Below are positions 18,433 to 27,728 of a stretch of DNA of 64,000 nt, in pieces. Both the position numbers and the translations under genes were made by a program. The notes beneath the pieces were generated by a model, which saw only the letters and a program-made list of their open reading frames with translations, searched no databases and was not told where the DNA came from. The DNA comes from an uncultured Bacillales bacterium (GTDB taxonomy: Bacteria; Bacillota_I; Bacilli_A; RFN20; CAG-826), in NCBI GenBank assembly GCA_905197045.1, contig CAJJXG010000002.1, positions 65,312 through 129,311 of the forward strand, given 5' to 3'. Position 1 is the first letter of the stretch, and every line of letters begins with the position of its first letter.

Positions 18433-19056
18433 TTATTTTATTTTACCGTTCATCACGTCTTTTAAAACAGCACAAATAACTTCAATTGATTTATTATCAT
18501 ACCCATCGTTATTAACGATTAAATCAGCATAATATTGAGAAGGGCCGATAATTTCTTCATACATTGGTTGAACAGTAGAGAAGTATTGATTAACAATAGA
18601 ATTTTGATCACGACCTCTTTCATGAATATCTCTATCCATTCTTCTTAAAAGACGTCTTTCTCGACTAGCATTAATGAAGATTTTTAAATCACCAAGTTCT
18701 CTAACATCTTTATTAACAAGCGCCATAATCCCTTCAACTATAATGAGTTTATTAGGAACTACATGAACAACTTTTTCTGCACGATTATGTGCAACGTAAT
18801 CATAAGTAGGTTTATCAACAGGCTTATCATCTTTTAAAAGAGCAAGTTGAAGTCTCATTAGTTTCCAATCGAAAGCTTTTGGATGATCAAAATTTTGTTT
18901 CTTTCTTTCCTCTAATGTTAAATTTGAAAGGTCCTTATAATAATCATCAATAGAGAAGTGGGTGATATTATCGCTTCCTAGTTTTTCGATTACTTGATCA
19001 ATAACGTAAGTTTTTCCACTGGCGGATCCTCCGCCTACTAATACTATTTTTGCCAT
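18433..19056 (-). CDS. udk: uridine kinase
   Basis: P-loop GGGSASGKT, with uridine kinase family motifs and typical length throughout. Confidence 0.85.
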   Translation of the reverse strand: MAKIVLVGGGSASGKTYVIDQVIEKLGSDNITHFSIDDYYKDLSNLTLEERKKQNFDHPKAFDWKLMRLQLALLKDDKPVDKPTYDYVAHNRAEKVVHVVPNKLIIVEGIMALVNKDVRELGDLKIFINASRERRLLRRMDRDIHERGRDQNSIVNQYFSTVQPMYEEIIGPSQYYADLIVNNDGYDNKSIEVICAVLKDVMNGKIK

Positions 19057-19143
19057 TTTTATGTGCCCTTATGATTTTAACATGTTATTAGATTAATTAA
19101 CATTTATTTTTAATATATGTAAAATTTAACAAAATTAACATAT

Positions 19144-19190
19144 TTAGTTGTTTATTAGTAGAAAATTAGTCGATTTTTTGTAGATAATAA
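19144..19190 (-). promoter_or_regulatory. phased ACTAA/TCTACTAAT repeats upstream of udk, plus a DnaA-box-like 9-mer
   Basis: Plus-strand TTAGT copies sit at 19145, 19155 and 19166 (10-11-bp spacing). The reverse complement of 19154-19162 is TCTACTAAT. The reverse complement of 19179-19187 is TTATCTACA. Confidence 0.35.
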
Positions 19191-19304
19191 GTAGTTAAAA
19201 TATTATCTTGTTTTAAATTTTAGAAATTAACTCTATAATTTTAGTGAGTATGGGGTTATTTATATTAATTTTTGTATTTTAAATACACGAAACGGAGAAT
19301 TTAA

Positions 19305-20135
19305 ATGAAATATAGGATATGTGTAGATAGTAGTTCCAATTTGTTAAATAATCACATTATTGATAGTGATGTTGGTTTTAATGTCGTACCTTTAACAATT
19401 AGAGTAGGTAAAGAAGAATACGTCGATAACGATGAGCTTAACGTCGATAACCTTTTAAAAGAAGTTGAATTATCAAAGGAAGCTTGCACATCTTCTTGTC
19501 CATCTCCTCAAGATTTTTTAAATCATTTTGAGGATGCTGAATATGTAATATGTGTAACGATTTCTCAAAAATTAAGTGGATGCTATAACAGTGCATGCGT
19601 TGCACGCGAAATGAGTAATAACAAAGACAATATTTTAATTGTCGATAGTATGTTAACAGCTGGAGCTATGCGATTAATCGTTGATAAAGCTTATCAACTT
19701 ATTAAAAGTGGCAAAGAATTTAACGAAATCAAAAAAGAATTATTAAAGTATCGTGATTCCATTCAATTATTATTCGTTTTAGATAAGTTTGATAATTTAG
19801 TTAAAAACGGACGTATGAGTAAGGTTGTTGCTTTTATTGCTCAACTTGCTGCTATTAAACCACTTTGTTATGGAGAGGGTGGAGAAATTAAAATTAAAGA
19901 AAAAGTAAGAACTATTAAAGGCGTTTTAAAGCGTCTTGTTCATAACATTGGTTTAATGTGTCCTGTTACAAAAGGTAGAGTTTGTGTTATTTCACATACA
20001 CAAAATAAAGAAAGTGCTCTTCTTTTAAAATCACTTATTGAAGAAGAGTATGAATTTGATTCCATTATTGTAGAAGACAATCGTGGACTATGCGCATTTT
20101 ACGCTTTAAGTGGTGGCTTACTAGTAAGTTTTTAA
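19305..20135 (+). CDS. DegV family fatty-acid-binding protein
   Basis: Motifs are CVDSSSNL...VVPLTIRVG...TSCPSPQDF...ISQKLSGCYNSA. RBS ACGGAGAA is present. Confidence 0.8.
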   Translation: MKYRICVDSSSNLLNNHIIDSDVGFNVVPLTIRVGKEEYVDNDELNVDNLLKEVELSKEACTSSCPSPQDFLNHFEDAEYVICVTISQKLSGCYNSACVAREMSNNKDNILIVDSMLTAGAMRLIVDKAYQLIKSGKEFNEIKKELLKYRDSIQLLFVLDKFDNLVKNGRMSKVVAFIAQLAAIKPLCYGEGGEIKIKEKVRTIKGVLKRLVHNIGLMCPVTKGRVCVISHTQNKESALLLKSLIEEEYEFDSIIVEDNRGLCAFYALSGGLLVSF

Positions 20136-20172
20136 CTATAAAAAGATAATAAATTTTGGTATAGTAATTGAC

Positions 20173-20523
20173 ATGAGAAAGCACGTTACTAGAACCGAAA
20201 AATATAAAGACTATAGAGAAGAAATTAAAAATTCTTCTCTTTCTTTTGATAAGGAAAACGCGCCGAAAAAAGAATCAAAAACCATCTCGCAAGTTTTAAA
20301 AGAAACTAAGGTTAGTTTAACTGCTAAAAATCAAACGCTAAATAAACATTTCTATGACAAAAAAGAAGAAAAGCAGTTAGAAAAATCTGTTTATGATATC
20401 TATACATCTAAAAGAAGATGGAGAAGATTCTTTTATTTTATCTTTGTAGTAGTTTTAATTGCTGCTTTAATAGTGCTTGTTCTCTTTTTAGGTAATAAAT
20501 ATTTGGGGTTTAATTTATGGTAA
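20173..20523 (+). CDS. hypothetical protein with a basic N-terminal region and a C-terminal TM anchor
   Basis: It is an ORF with one C-terminal hydrophobic helix. It overlaps cmk by 7 nt. Confidence 0.45.
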   Translation: MRKHVTRTEKYKDYREEIKNSSLSFDKENAPKKESKTISQVLKETKVSLTAKNQTLNKHFYDKKEEKQLEKSVYDIYTSKRRWRRFFYFIFVVVLIAALIVLVLFLGNKYLGFNLW

Positions 20524-21191
20524 AGAATTATTCAATCGCTATCGATGGGCCAAGTGCTAGTGGAAAAAGTACAGTTGCAAAATTAATCGCAAAAAAATTA
20601 AATTTTACTTATATTGATACAGGAGCAATGTATCGTGCTTTTACGCTTGCAGTAATTGAGGCAAATCTTAATCCTAAAAGTGAAAAGGAGAGTGATTCCT
20701 TAATTGGAAAAATTTCGATCTCTTTTGATGAAGCTAATCATATTACTTTAAATGATGTCGATGTTTCTCAAAGAGTTCGAGAAAATGATGTTGCAAATAA
20801 TGTAAGTTATATCGCTAGTTATAAAAATATTCGTTTACATCTTGTCGATTTACAAAGAAAGATTGCTGAAAATAAAAGCGTTGTGATGGATGGAAGAGAT
20901 ATTGGAACTTACGTTTTACCAAATGCTGATTTAAAGATTTATCAAATAGCTACTGCTGAAGAAAGAGCAAAAAGAAGATATAAAGAAAATCTTGAAAAAG
21001 GCATTGAAACTACTTATGAAGATTGTTTAAAAAATATCAATACTCGTGATTATATTGATTCACATCGTTCATTTTGTCCGCTCCATCCAGCTGAAGATAG
21101 CGTTGAAGTTAACACAACAAATATGTCTATTGAAGAAGTTGTTGATACAATTATTAATATTGCTAAAGAAAGAGGAATAGTTAGTGAGTAA
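20517..21191 (+). CDS. cmk: cytidylate kinase
   Basis: IAIDGPSASGKSTVAK and TGAMYRA motifs. Confidence 0.9.
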   Translation: MVKNYSIAIDGPSASGKSTVAKLIAKKLNFTYIDTGAMYRAFTLAVIEANLNPKSEKESDSLIGKISISFDEANHITLNDVDVSQRVRENDVANNVSYIASYKNIRLHLVDLQRKIAENKSVVMDGRDIGTYVLPNADLKIYQIATAEERAKRRYKENLEKGIETTYEDCLKNINTRDYIDSHRSFCPLHPAEDSVEVNTTNMSIEEVVDTIINIAKERGIVSE

Positions 21192-22491
21192 AAAACTTGT
21201 TGCTATAGTTGGTGCTCCTAGTGTTGGGAAATCAACAATATTTAATCGAATAATTGGCGAAAGAAAATCTATCATCGAATCACAAAGGGGTGTTACTCGT
21301 GATCGAATTTATGCTCATGCAAGTTGGTTGACTCGCCCTTTTAATGTTGTCGATACAGGTGGAATTGAAGTTGAAAATCGCCCATTCCAAGAACAAATTA
21401 GAGCTCAAGTTGAAATCGCAATTGATGAAGCAGATATTATTGTTGTTGTAGTTGATGGTAAAATTGGCTTAACAGATGATGACCAAATGGTTGCTAGAAT
21501 GTTATATAAAACTGATAAGCCAATAATTTTAGCGGTTAATAAAATCGATGATGCTCATTTAAAAAATAACGTCTATGAATTTTATTCTTTAGGGCTTGGC
21601 GATCCTATTCCTGTAAGCGGAGCACATGGGGTTGGTATTGGAGATATTTTAGACAAAATAGTTTCTTATATTCCAGAAGATGAAGACAGTGAAGATAGTG
21701 ACGAAATTAAATTTTCTATTATTGGACAGCCTAATGTTGGTAAATCTAGTTTATGTAATGCCATTTTAAATGAAGAAAGAGTTATTGTTTCAAATATTGA
21801 AGGAACAACTCGTGATGCTATTGATACACCATTTAAAAGAAATGAAAGGGATTATGTTGTAATTGATACAGCTGGTCTTAAAAAAAGAGGCAAAATTTAT
21901 GAAGCGATAGATAAATTTGCTGCCTTAAGAGCTTTAAGAGCAATCGATAATAGTGATATTGCTTTACTTGTTATTGATGGCGAAAAAGGCATTACTGAAC
22001 AAGATAAACACGTTGTTGGCTATGCAGTTGAAGCAAAAAAAGCCATTATTTTAGTTGTTAATAAATGGGACTTAGTTAAAAAAGATAACAATACACAAGC
22101 TGAATTTACTAAAAATATTCGTAAAGAATTTAAATTTTTAGATTATGCTCCAGTAATTTATTTAAGTGCTTTAAATAAGACAAAAGTTAATGATTTATTT
22201 TCTCTTATTAACCAAGTTTATGAATCATACATTTTCCAAATTAAAACTAGTGTTTTAAATGAAATTATTCAAGAAGCGCAAATGATGAATGAATCTCCAG
22301 ATTTTAATGGAGGAAGAGTTCGTATATATTATGCTCAACAAGTAGCTAGTAAGCCTTTAACAATAGCTCTATTTGTTAATGATCCTCATTTCATGCATTT
22401 TTCCTATATGCGCTATATTGAAAATCGAATTAGAGAATCTTTTGAGCTTATGGGCTCGCCTATCAATCTTGTTTTAAGGAAAAGAAAATAA
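21184..22491 (+). CDS. der: ribosome-biogenesis GTPase Der (EngA)
   Basis: Two tandem G domains (GAPSVGKST and GQPNVGKSS, each with DTAG/DTGG and NKxD) plus a KH-like C-terminus. GTG start with RBS AGAGGAA. Confidence 0.9.
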   Translation: MSKKLVAIVGAPSVGKSTIFNRIIGERKSIIESQRGVTRDRIYAHASWLTRPFNVVDTGGIEVENRPFQEQIRAQVEIAIDEADIIVVVVDGKIGLTDDDQMVARMLYKTDKPIILAVNKIDDAHLKNNVYEFYSLGLGDPIPVSGAHGVGIGDILDKIVSYIPEDEDSEDSDEIKFSIIGQPNVGKSSLCNAILNEERVIVSNIEGTTRDAIDTPFKRNERDYVVIDTAGLKKRGKIYEAIDKFAALRALRAIDNSDIALLVIDGEKGITEQDKHVVGYAVEAKKAIILVVNKWDLVKKDNNTQAEFTKNIRKEFKFLDYAPVIYLSALNKTKVNDLFSLINQVYESYIFQIKTSVLNEIIQEAQMMNESPDFNGGRVRIYYAQQVASKPLTIALFVNDPHFMHFSYMRYIENRIRESFELMGSPINLVLRKRK

Positions 22492-23492
22492 TGAAAATTT
22501 TTACTATTGGTAGTGGCGCTTGGGGCCTTGCTTTAAGTAATGTTTTAGCAGAAAATGGCAACGAAGTATTTGCTTATACTCGTCATGAAGAAAGTGAAAA
22601 TGAAATAAATAACGAGCATAGTTTAATTAAATATCTTCCTAACATTAAACTGAATTCAAAAATTTTTGCAGTTAGAGACTATTCATCTATAAATGAAGCT
22701 GATTATCTTTTATTAGCAGTTCCTAGTAAAAGTGTAAAAGATACAATTGTTGTTTTAAATAATGTTTTAAATAAAAAAATAAAAATTATAAATGCCACTA
22801 AAGGTCTTGAACCTTCGACAAATAAAAGAATCCAAGAATATATCTTTTCTAATTTAAAAAGTGAATTTTTGGGTGAAGTGGCTTCGATTTTAGGACCTGG
22901 TTTTGCAAAAGAAGTTTGCCTTCATAATTTAACGTGTTTAAATAGTGTTTCAACTTCTTTAACTTTTGCAAAAGAAGTTCAAAATTTATTCTCTAATAAC
23001 TATTTTAGGGTATACGTCAGTAATGATGTTATTGGAGCAGAATATGCTTCTAGTATTAAAAATGCGATTGCAATTGCTAGTGGCTTGATGAAAGGTTTAG
23101 GTTATAACGAAAATACTAAATCAGCTTTAATTACTCGTGGTCTTGCCGAAATGACGCGTTTTGGCCTTAAAATGGGGGCTAATAAAGACACTTTTTTTGG
23201 ACTTACAGGGGTTGGCGATTTAGTTTTAACGTGTAATTCTAATGAATCTAGAAATTTTACTTTTGGCTATTTAATCGGCAAAAGACAAGATGCAAAAAAA
23301 GTTATTGAAGAAAATAAGATTACAATTGAAGGTTTATATACTATTAAAGTAATTCATGATTTAGCAAACACCTATCACATTGAAACGCCAATCATTAATG
23401 CTTTATATGATATTTTATATGAATATAAAGATATTAGATTAACCGTTCAAAACTTAATGCTTCGTCCTTTAAAAATGGAAAGCTTTGAATAA
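22491..23492 (+). CDS. gpsA: NAD(P)H-dependent glycerol-3-phosphate dehydrogenase
   Basis: GSGAWG dinucleotide fold, with GLTGVGDLVLTC and NESRNFTFG motifs. Confidence 0.9.
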   Translation: MKIFTIGSGAWGLALSNVLAENGNEVFAYTRHEESENEINNEHSLIKYLPNIKLNSKIFAVRDYSSINEADYLLLAVPSKSVKDTIVVLNNVLNKKIKIINATKGLEPSTNKRIQEYIFSNLKSEFLGEVASILGPGFAKEVCLHNLTCLNSVSTSLTFAKEVQNLFSNNYFRVYVSNDVIGAEYASSIKNAIAIASGLMKGLGYNENTKSALITRGLAEMTRFGLKMGANKDTFFGLTGVGDLVLTCNSNESRNFTFGYLIGKRQDAKKVIEENKITIEGLYTIKVIHDLANTYHIETPIINALYDILYEYKDIRLTVQNLMLRPLKMESFE

Positions 23493-23675
23493 TCTTGATT
23501 ATCTTTAATTTATTAAGTTATAAGTAAAAATGTTAAGAGTAAATAAAACTATAAAAAAGAAGCAAAAAAAGAATAAATAAAACGAGAGTAATCGTCTTTT
23601 TTTCGTTGAGTTAGTGTTATTTAATATTGATTAAGATAAATTTACGTGTTTTAATTAAGAAAAAAGGGAGAAAGT

Positions 23676-23951
23676 ATGAATAAAGCAGATTTAGTTGTAG
23701 CTATTTCGGAGGCTTATGGCTCCAGTAAAAAAGACGCAGAGAAATTTATAGACATCTTATTTGAAGAGATACAACAATGCTTATCTCGTGGAGAAGAAGT
23801 CAAAATTTCTGGTTTTGGTGTTTTCCAAGTAAAAAGTAGAAAATCACGTACAGGAACAAGCCCTGTTGGAAATCACGAAAAAATCGTAATCCCTGCAACC
23901 AAAACTATTGGATTTAAGCCAAGCAAAGGTCTCAAACAAAGCGTTAAATAG
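23676..23951 (+). CDS. hup: DNA-binding protein HU
   Basis: MNKADLV...GFGVFQVKSRKSRTGTSPVGNHEKIVIPATK in 91 aa. RBS AAGGGAGAAAG is present. Confidence 0.9.
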   Translation: MNKADLVVAISEAYGSSKKDAEKFIDILFEEIQQCLSRGEEVKISGFGVFQVKSRKSRTGTSPVGNHEKIVIPATKTIGFKPSKGLKQSVK

Positions 23952-23978
23952 TCAAAGTTAATTTGGCATAATCTTTAT

Positions 23979-24011
23979 AAATTTCGCTTATTAGCTTTAA
24001 GCGAAATTTTT
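23979..24011 (+). terminator. intrinsic terminator of hup
   Basis: A perfect 10-bp stem pairs ATTTCGCTTA with TAAGCGAAAT around a 7-nt loop, followed by a T-run. Confidence 0.75.
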
Positions 24012-24091
24012 GTGTTATCTATAAATTAAAAGCTAAAAATAAAAATTAATATAATTTGTATTTTTATAAATTTCATTTATAATTCAAAATT

Positions 24092-24727
24092 GTGAATGAA
24101 ATTTTTGATGAATTAAAAACTCTTTTTAACAAAAATAATTATCGTTTATACATGATTGGATCAACTAGTCGTGATTTTTTGTTAAAAAGAGAAATAGAAG
24201 ATTATGATTTTGTAACTGATGCAACGCCTGATGAAGTGTTAACTTTTTTAAACTGTAATGATACCTTCAAAAAATATGGAACACTTTCTTTAAGGAAAAA
24301 CGGAAAACATATTGATATAGTTTCTTTAAGAAAAGAAAGCGCTTATTTAGATGCTCGTCATCCTAGTAAAATTGAGTTTATTAAAGATATAAATGAAGAC
24401 TATAAAAGGCGTGATTTTACAATTAATGCTATATATATTGATGAAAAATATCATGTAGCTGAAATTTCTGAGCTTGGTTTATCTGATTTAAATAATCGCA
24501 TTTTACGTTTTATTGGAGAAGCTCAAAAAAGAGTAAAAGAAGATCCTTTAAGAATTTTAAGAGCTAAACGATTTATTGTAGAATATAATCTAGAGGTTGA
24601 AAAAGAAACACTTAAAGCATTAAAAGAGAATGTTAATCTTCTTTCCTTAATTAAAGAAGGAAAGATTTTGGAAGAAAAAAAGAAATTTGAAAAAATAGCG
24701 AAAGGGAAACACTATGAATTTAAATAA
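24092..24727 (+). CDS. short class-II tRNA nucleotidyltransferase / poly(A) polymerase family protein (head and neck only)
   Basis: Motifs are MIGSTSRDFLL..DYDF, RRDFTINA and EDPLRILRAKRF. The protein is only 211 aa. It has a GTG start preceded by TTGTAT-16-TATAAT-8 nt. The next gene overlaps its 3' end. Confidence 0.65.
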   Translation: MNEIFDELKTLFNKNNYRLYMIGSTSRDFLLKREIEDYDFVTDATPDEVLTFLNCNDTFKKYGTLSLRKNGKHIDIVSLRKESAYLDARHPSKIEFIKDINEDYKRRDFTINAIYIDEKYHVAEISELGLSDLNNRILRFIGEAQKRVKEDPLRILRAKRFIVEYNLEVEKETLKALKENVNLLSLIKEGKILEEKKKFEKIAKGKHYEFK

Positions 24728-25286
24728 CGCTAACGCCATAAACTTTTCTTATTTATTAATTGATTTATATAAGAAAGTTCCATTAACTGAAGAAGAACTT
24801 GTTGTTATATTAGTTCTTGATCATTTAATCTCACAAGGCAATAAATTAATTAGTTCTTCAACATTAGCCTTAAATATGAATTATGAAGAAAAAAAGATTG
24901 ATGATATTTTAGCTAAACTTTATGAAAGAAAAGTTATTGATATTGTTATTGAACCTACAGGACTTACAATATCAATTGATCCTTTAAAAAAGATTTTATA
25001 TAAAAAGTTTGAAGAAAGTATTTTTTCTAATGAAGAGCTTAAAGAAAATGAAGAAGCCGAAAAATTAAGAAGTGAAGTTTATGAATCACTTGAAGAACTT
25101 TTTAAACGCTCTTTAACTCCAGTAGAGATTAATCGCGTTAGTGATTGGCTAGCCGATAAAGAAAATTTTGAATATATCAAGGAAGCTTTAAAAGAAGCTA
25201 AAGCTAAAAATTACATTTCTATTAATCAAATTGATAAAGCGATTATTAGAAGAATTCGTCAAGCAGTATTAAATGAAAACAAATGA
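24714..25286 (+). CDS. dnaD: DnaD-domain replication initiation / helicase-loading protein
   Basis: C-terminal DnaD/DnaB_2-type repeat (SLTPVEINRVSDWLADK...YIKEALKEA). Synteny is dnaD-nth as in B. subtilis. Confidence 0.65.
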   Translation: MNLNNANAINFSYLLIDLYKKVPLTEEELVVILVLDHLISQGNKLISSSTLALNMNYEEKKIDDILAKLYERKVIDIVIEPTGLTISIDPLKKILYKKFEESIFSNEELKENEEAEKLRSEVYESLEELFKRSLTPVEINRVSDWLADKENFEYIKEALKEAKAKNYISINQIDKAIIRRIRQAVLNENK

Positions 25287-25912
25287 CTAGAGAAGAAAAG
25301 TGCATAATCATAGAAAAATATCTTGATGAAATCTTGCCTGATCCAGGATGTGAATTAACTTATAATTCCGACTATGGTTTTTTAATTGCAGTAATGTTAA
25401 GCGCCCAATGCACTGACAAAAAAGTTAATCTAGTAACTAAACCATTTTTTGAAAAATATCATAGTCTAGAAGAAATTGATGCCTTATCTATTGAAGAAAT
25501 TGAAGATAATATTAAATCACTTGGTTTATATAAAAATAAGGCTAAAAATTTAAAAGGGATTGCTCATGAACTTTTAACTCGCTTTAATGGGAAAGTGCCT
25601 CAAGATAAAAATGAATTAATGTCTTTACCAGGAGTTGGTAATAAAACGGCAAACGTAGTGCGTGTTGAGTTATTTAAAATTCCTGAGTTTCCGGTTGATA
25701 CGCATGTTGAGCGTCTTGCTAAACGCTTTAAATTAGCTGATAAAAGTGATGATGTTTTAACAGTTGAAAATAAACTTAAAAAAGATTTTAAAAAAGAAAA
25801 CTGGATTAAATTACATCATCAATTTATTCATTTTGGTCGCTATTATTGTAAAGCTATTTCACCTAAATGCGATGGATGTAAATTAGCTGGAATTTGTACA
25901 AAAAACTTTTAA
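25283..25912 (+). CDS. nth: endonuclease III
   Basis: HhH-GPD (LPGVGNKTANVV, VDTHV) and Fe-S cluster loop CKAISPKCDGCKLAGIC. Confidence 0.9.
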   Translation: MTREEKCIIIEKYLDEILPDPGCELTYNSDYGFLIAVMLSAQCTDKKVNLVTKPFFEKYHSLEEIDALSIEEIEDNIKSLGLYKNKAKNLKGIAHELLTRFNGKVPQDKNELMSLPGVGNKTANVVRVELFKIPEFPVDTHVERLAKRFKLADKSDDVLTVENKLKKDFKKENWIKLHHQFIHFGRYYCKAISPKCDGCKLAGICTKNF

Positions 25913-26457
25913 AACTCGACTATTTTTTCTAAAACTGTTAGATAATCAAGCGGAGGAAAAAGGGTACGAGTTATTTCTAAAGCATGAGTTTTAAAATAAA
26001 ATAATGGGATGCTTTTTCTTTTCGCATTTTCTATAAAAAGAATCAAATCCTCGCCTTTTAATAAGTAGTATTTTTCAATATCCGTAAAAGAAACGATTAA
26101 AAAAGCAATACCTTTATGTTTTATAACGTTTTTAATATGCTCAATTTGATTATCTTTTAAATTTGATAATGGAAAGGAAGTAGAAGAAGTTGTTTCTTTA
26201 GCTTCAAAATCAAGATAACGTCCTTTATAGACTCCACAATAATCAGTAGTAGAAGCTTCTTCAAAATAGGCTTCACTGATTTTTTTATTTATGCATTTTA
26301 CGATTTTAATTGGAGTAGGCTTTTTATAAATTAAAGCGATGTTATTATCTTTATAATATAAATTTGTTTCGTTAATTTCTTGTTCAAGCTCCATTCCACG
26401 ATTTTGATAATTAACGATTTCATTATTTTCATTAATCTTAAACTTAAAATGCATCAA
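25909..26457 (-). CDS. recU: Holliday junction resolvase RecU
   Basis: NRGMELEQEINETNLYY...DYCGVYKGRYLDFEAKET motif pattern. It is convergent with nth as in Bacillus. Confidence 0.8.
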   Translation of the reverse strand: MMHFKFKINENNEIVNYQNRGMELEQEINETNLYYKDNNIALIYKKPTPIKIVKCINKKISEAYFEEASTTDYCGVYKGRYLDFEAKETTSSTSFPLSNLKDNQIEHIKNVIKHKGIAFLIVSFTDIEKYYLLKGEDLILFIENAKRKSIPLFYFKTHALEITRTLFPPLDYLTVLEKIVEF

Positions 26458-27176
26458 TTAATTTCCTCATTTATAAAAGTATTTAAATCATCAAGGGTAA
26501 CGCTTTTATCTTTAAGAAGCTTTTTTAAAAGTTTATTTAAAGGGGCTTCAAGATTTGGATTATTAGTAAGCACTTTTAAATATTCATTTCTTAAAATAGT
26601 TGGACTTTTAAGAAAAGCCTCATATAAAAACAAAAGACTTTTAGCATCACTTAATGGATCATGGAGTGGTTCAACTGGATGAACTTTAAATAATTTTAAG
26701 GCTTTAACAAGTGATAAAGTTTGATTCGTTGAATTTCTGGCATAATGATTTAAGATTTGAGAAAAGTCGGTATTTTTACGAAAAATCTGCAAAACTAAGT
26801 TATTTTCTAACAAATTATTAGCTTTTGCTTCGACATGAAGTAGTCTTAAATCAAAGTTTCCATAGGTAAAAAAGTGAACAAAAGTTAAATCTCCAATATA
26901 ACGAGCTAATCGCGACAAAGCTTCAGAAAAAGGGATTCCTTCTTTTTCAAGAAGCTCATTTGTAATTCCAGTCATGTTTTCGATAATAGGAGTTATTGGT
27001 GTTTTTGTATAAACATAGCATTTAAAGCCTTTATCATAACTTTTAATTTGCTTTTTACTATCAAGAATGGCTTTAACCGCACCAATTGAAATAATCTCTA
27101 AAGTTGTTTCAGTGGCTTCAAAGTCTAAAAATACTAAAGTATTACTATCTTTAACGATTCTTTTAATGATTTTCAC
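26454..27176 (-). CDS. DEDDh 3'-5' exonuclease domain protein (DnaQ-like)
   Basis: ExoI is FLDFEATE and ExoIII is HDPLSDAKSL. It overlaps recU by 4 nt. Confidence 0.65.
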   Translation of the reverse strand: MKIIKRIVKDSNTLVFLDFEATETTLEIISIGAVKAILDSKKQIKSYDKGFKCYVYTKTPITPIIENMTGITNELLEKEGIPFSEALSRLARYIGDLTFVHFFTYGNFDLRLLHVEAKANNLLENNLVLQIFRKNTDFSQILNHYARNSTNQTLSLVKALKLFKVHPVEPLHDPLSDAKSLLFLYEAFLKSPTILRNEYLKVLTNNPNLEAPLNKLLKKLLKDKSVTLDDLNTFINEEIN

Positions 27177-27323
27177 AAGACAATTATAAAAATGAGTGAT
27201 TAACTTTTCAATTTTTATGTTTTATTTATCTAAGTTATTTTTGCATTTCTAATTTTTCAAAAAACGAGCAAAATTATTACGATTTTTCTTTAAAAAAGTG
27301 TGCATAAATTCGTCCCTATAACG

Positions 27324-27352
27324 TTGAATAAAGTAGCGTTATTTAGTACAAT
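27324..27352 (+). promoter_or_regulatory. candidate sigma-A promoter TTGAAT-17-TACAAT for gpsB(-rnpB)
   Basis: The hexamers sit at 27324-27329 and 27347-27352. The ATG lies 18 nt downstream, with AGGA as RBS. Confidence 0.45.
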
Positions 27353-27370
27353 ATTTTCGTTAGGATTTCT

Positions 27371-27727
27371 ATGAAATTACGCTTAAGTTCTAAAGATATT
27401 TTAAACAAAAAATTCAAGCAATCAGCTAATGGATATGATCCAGAAGAAGTTGATACATTTTTGGATAAAATTCTTGAAGATTATCGCACAATTGATAAAG
27501 AAATTGATGGATTAAATGCCGAGATTATTTCCTTAAAAAGAGATAATGAAACTCTTAAAGCTAATTTAAGAGACAAAGAACAGGCCATTTCAATTCAAAA
27601 AAGCAAAAATATTGCCTTAATGAGTTCTCATCAATCTTCGCTTGATAATCTTGAGCTATTACAAAAATGTAGTGCCTATGAAAGAAAACTTTATGAACTG
27701 GGTGTTGATCCTAATAAAGTAAAATAA
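27371..27727 (+). CDS. gpsB: cell-cycle protein GpsB (DivIVA-domain)
   Basis: N-terminus is LSSKDILNKKFKQSANGYDPEEVDTFLDKILEDY, followed by a coiled coil and a C-terminal LDNLELLQKCSAYERKLYELG. It sits immediately upstream of rnpB as in B. subtilis. Confidence 0.8.
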   Translation: MKLRLSSKDILNKKFKQSANGYDPEEVDTFLDKILEDYRTIDKEIDGLNAEIISLKRDNETLKANLRDKEQAISIQKSKNIALMSSHQSSLDNLELLQKCSAYERKLYELGVDPNKVK

Positions 27728-27728
27728 A

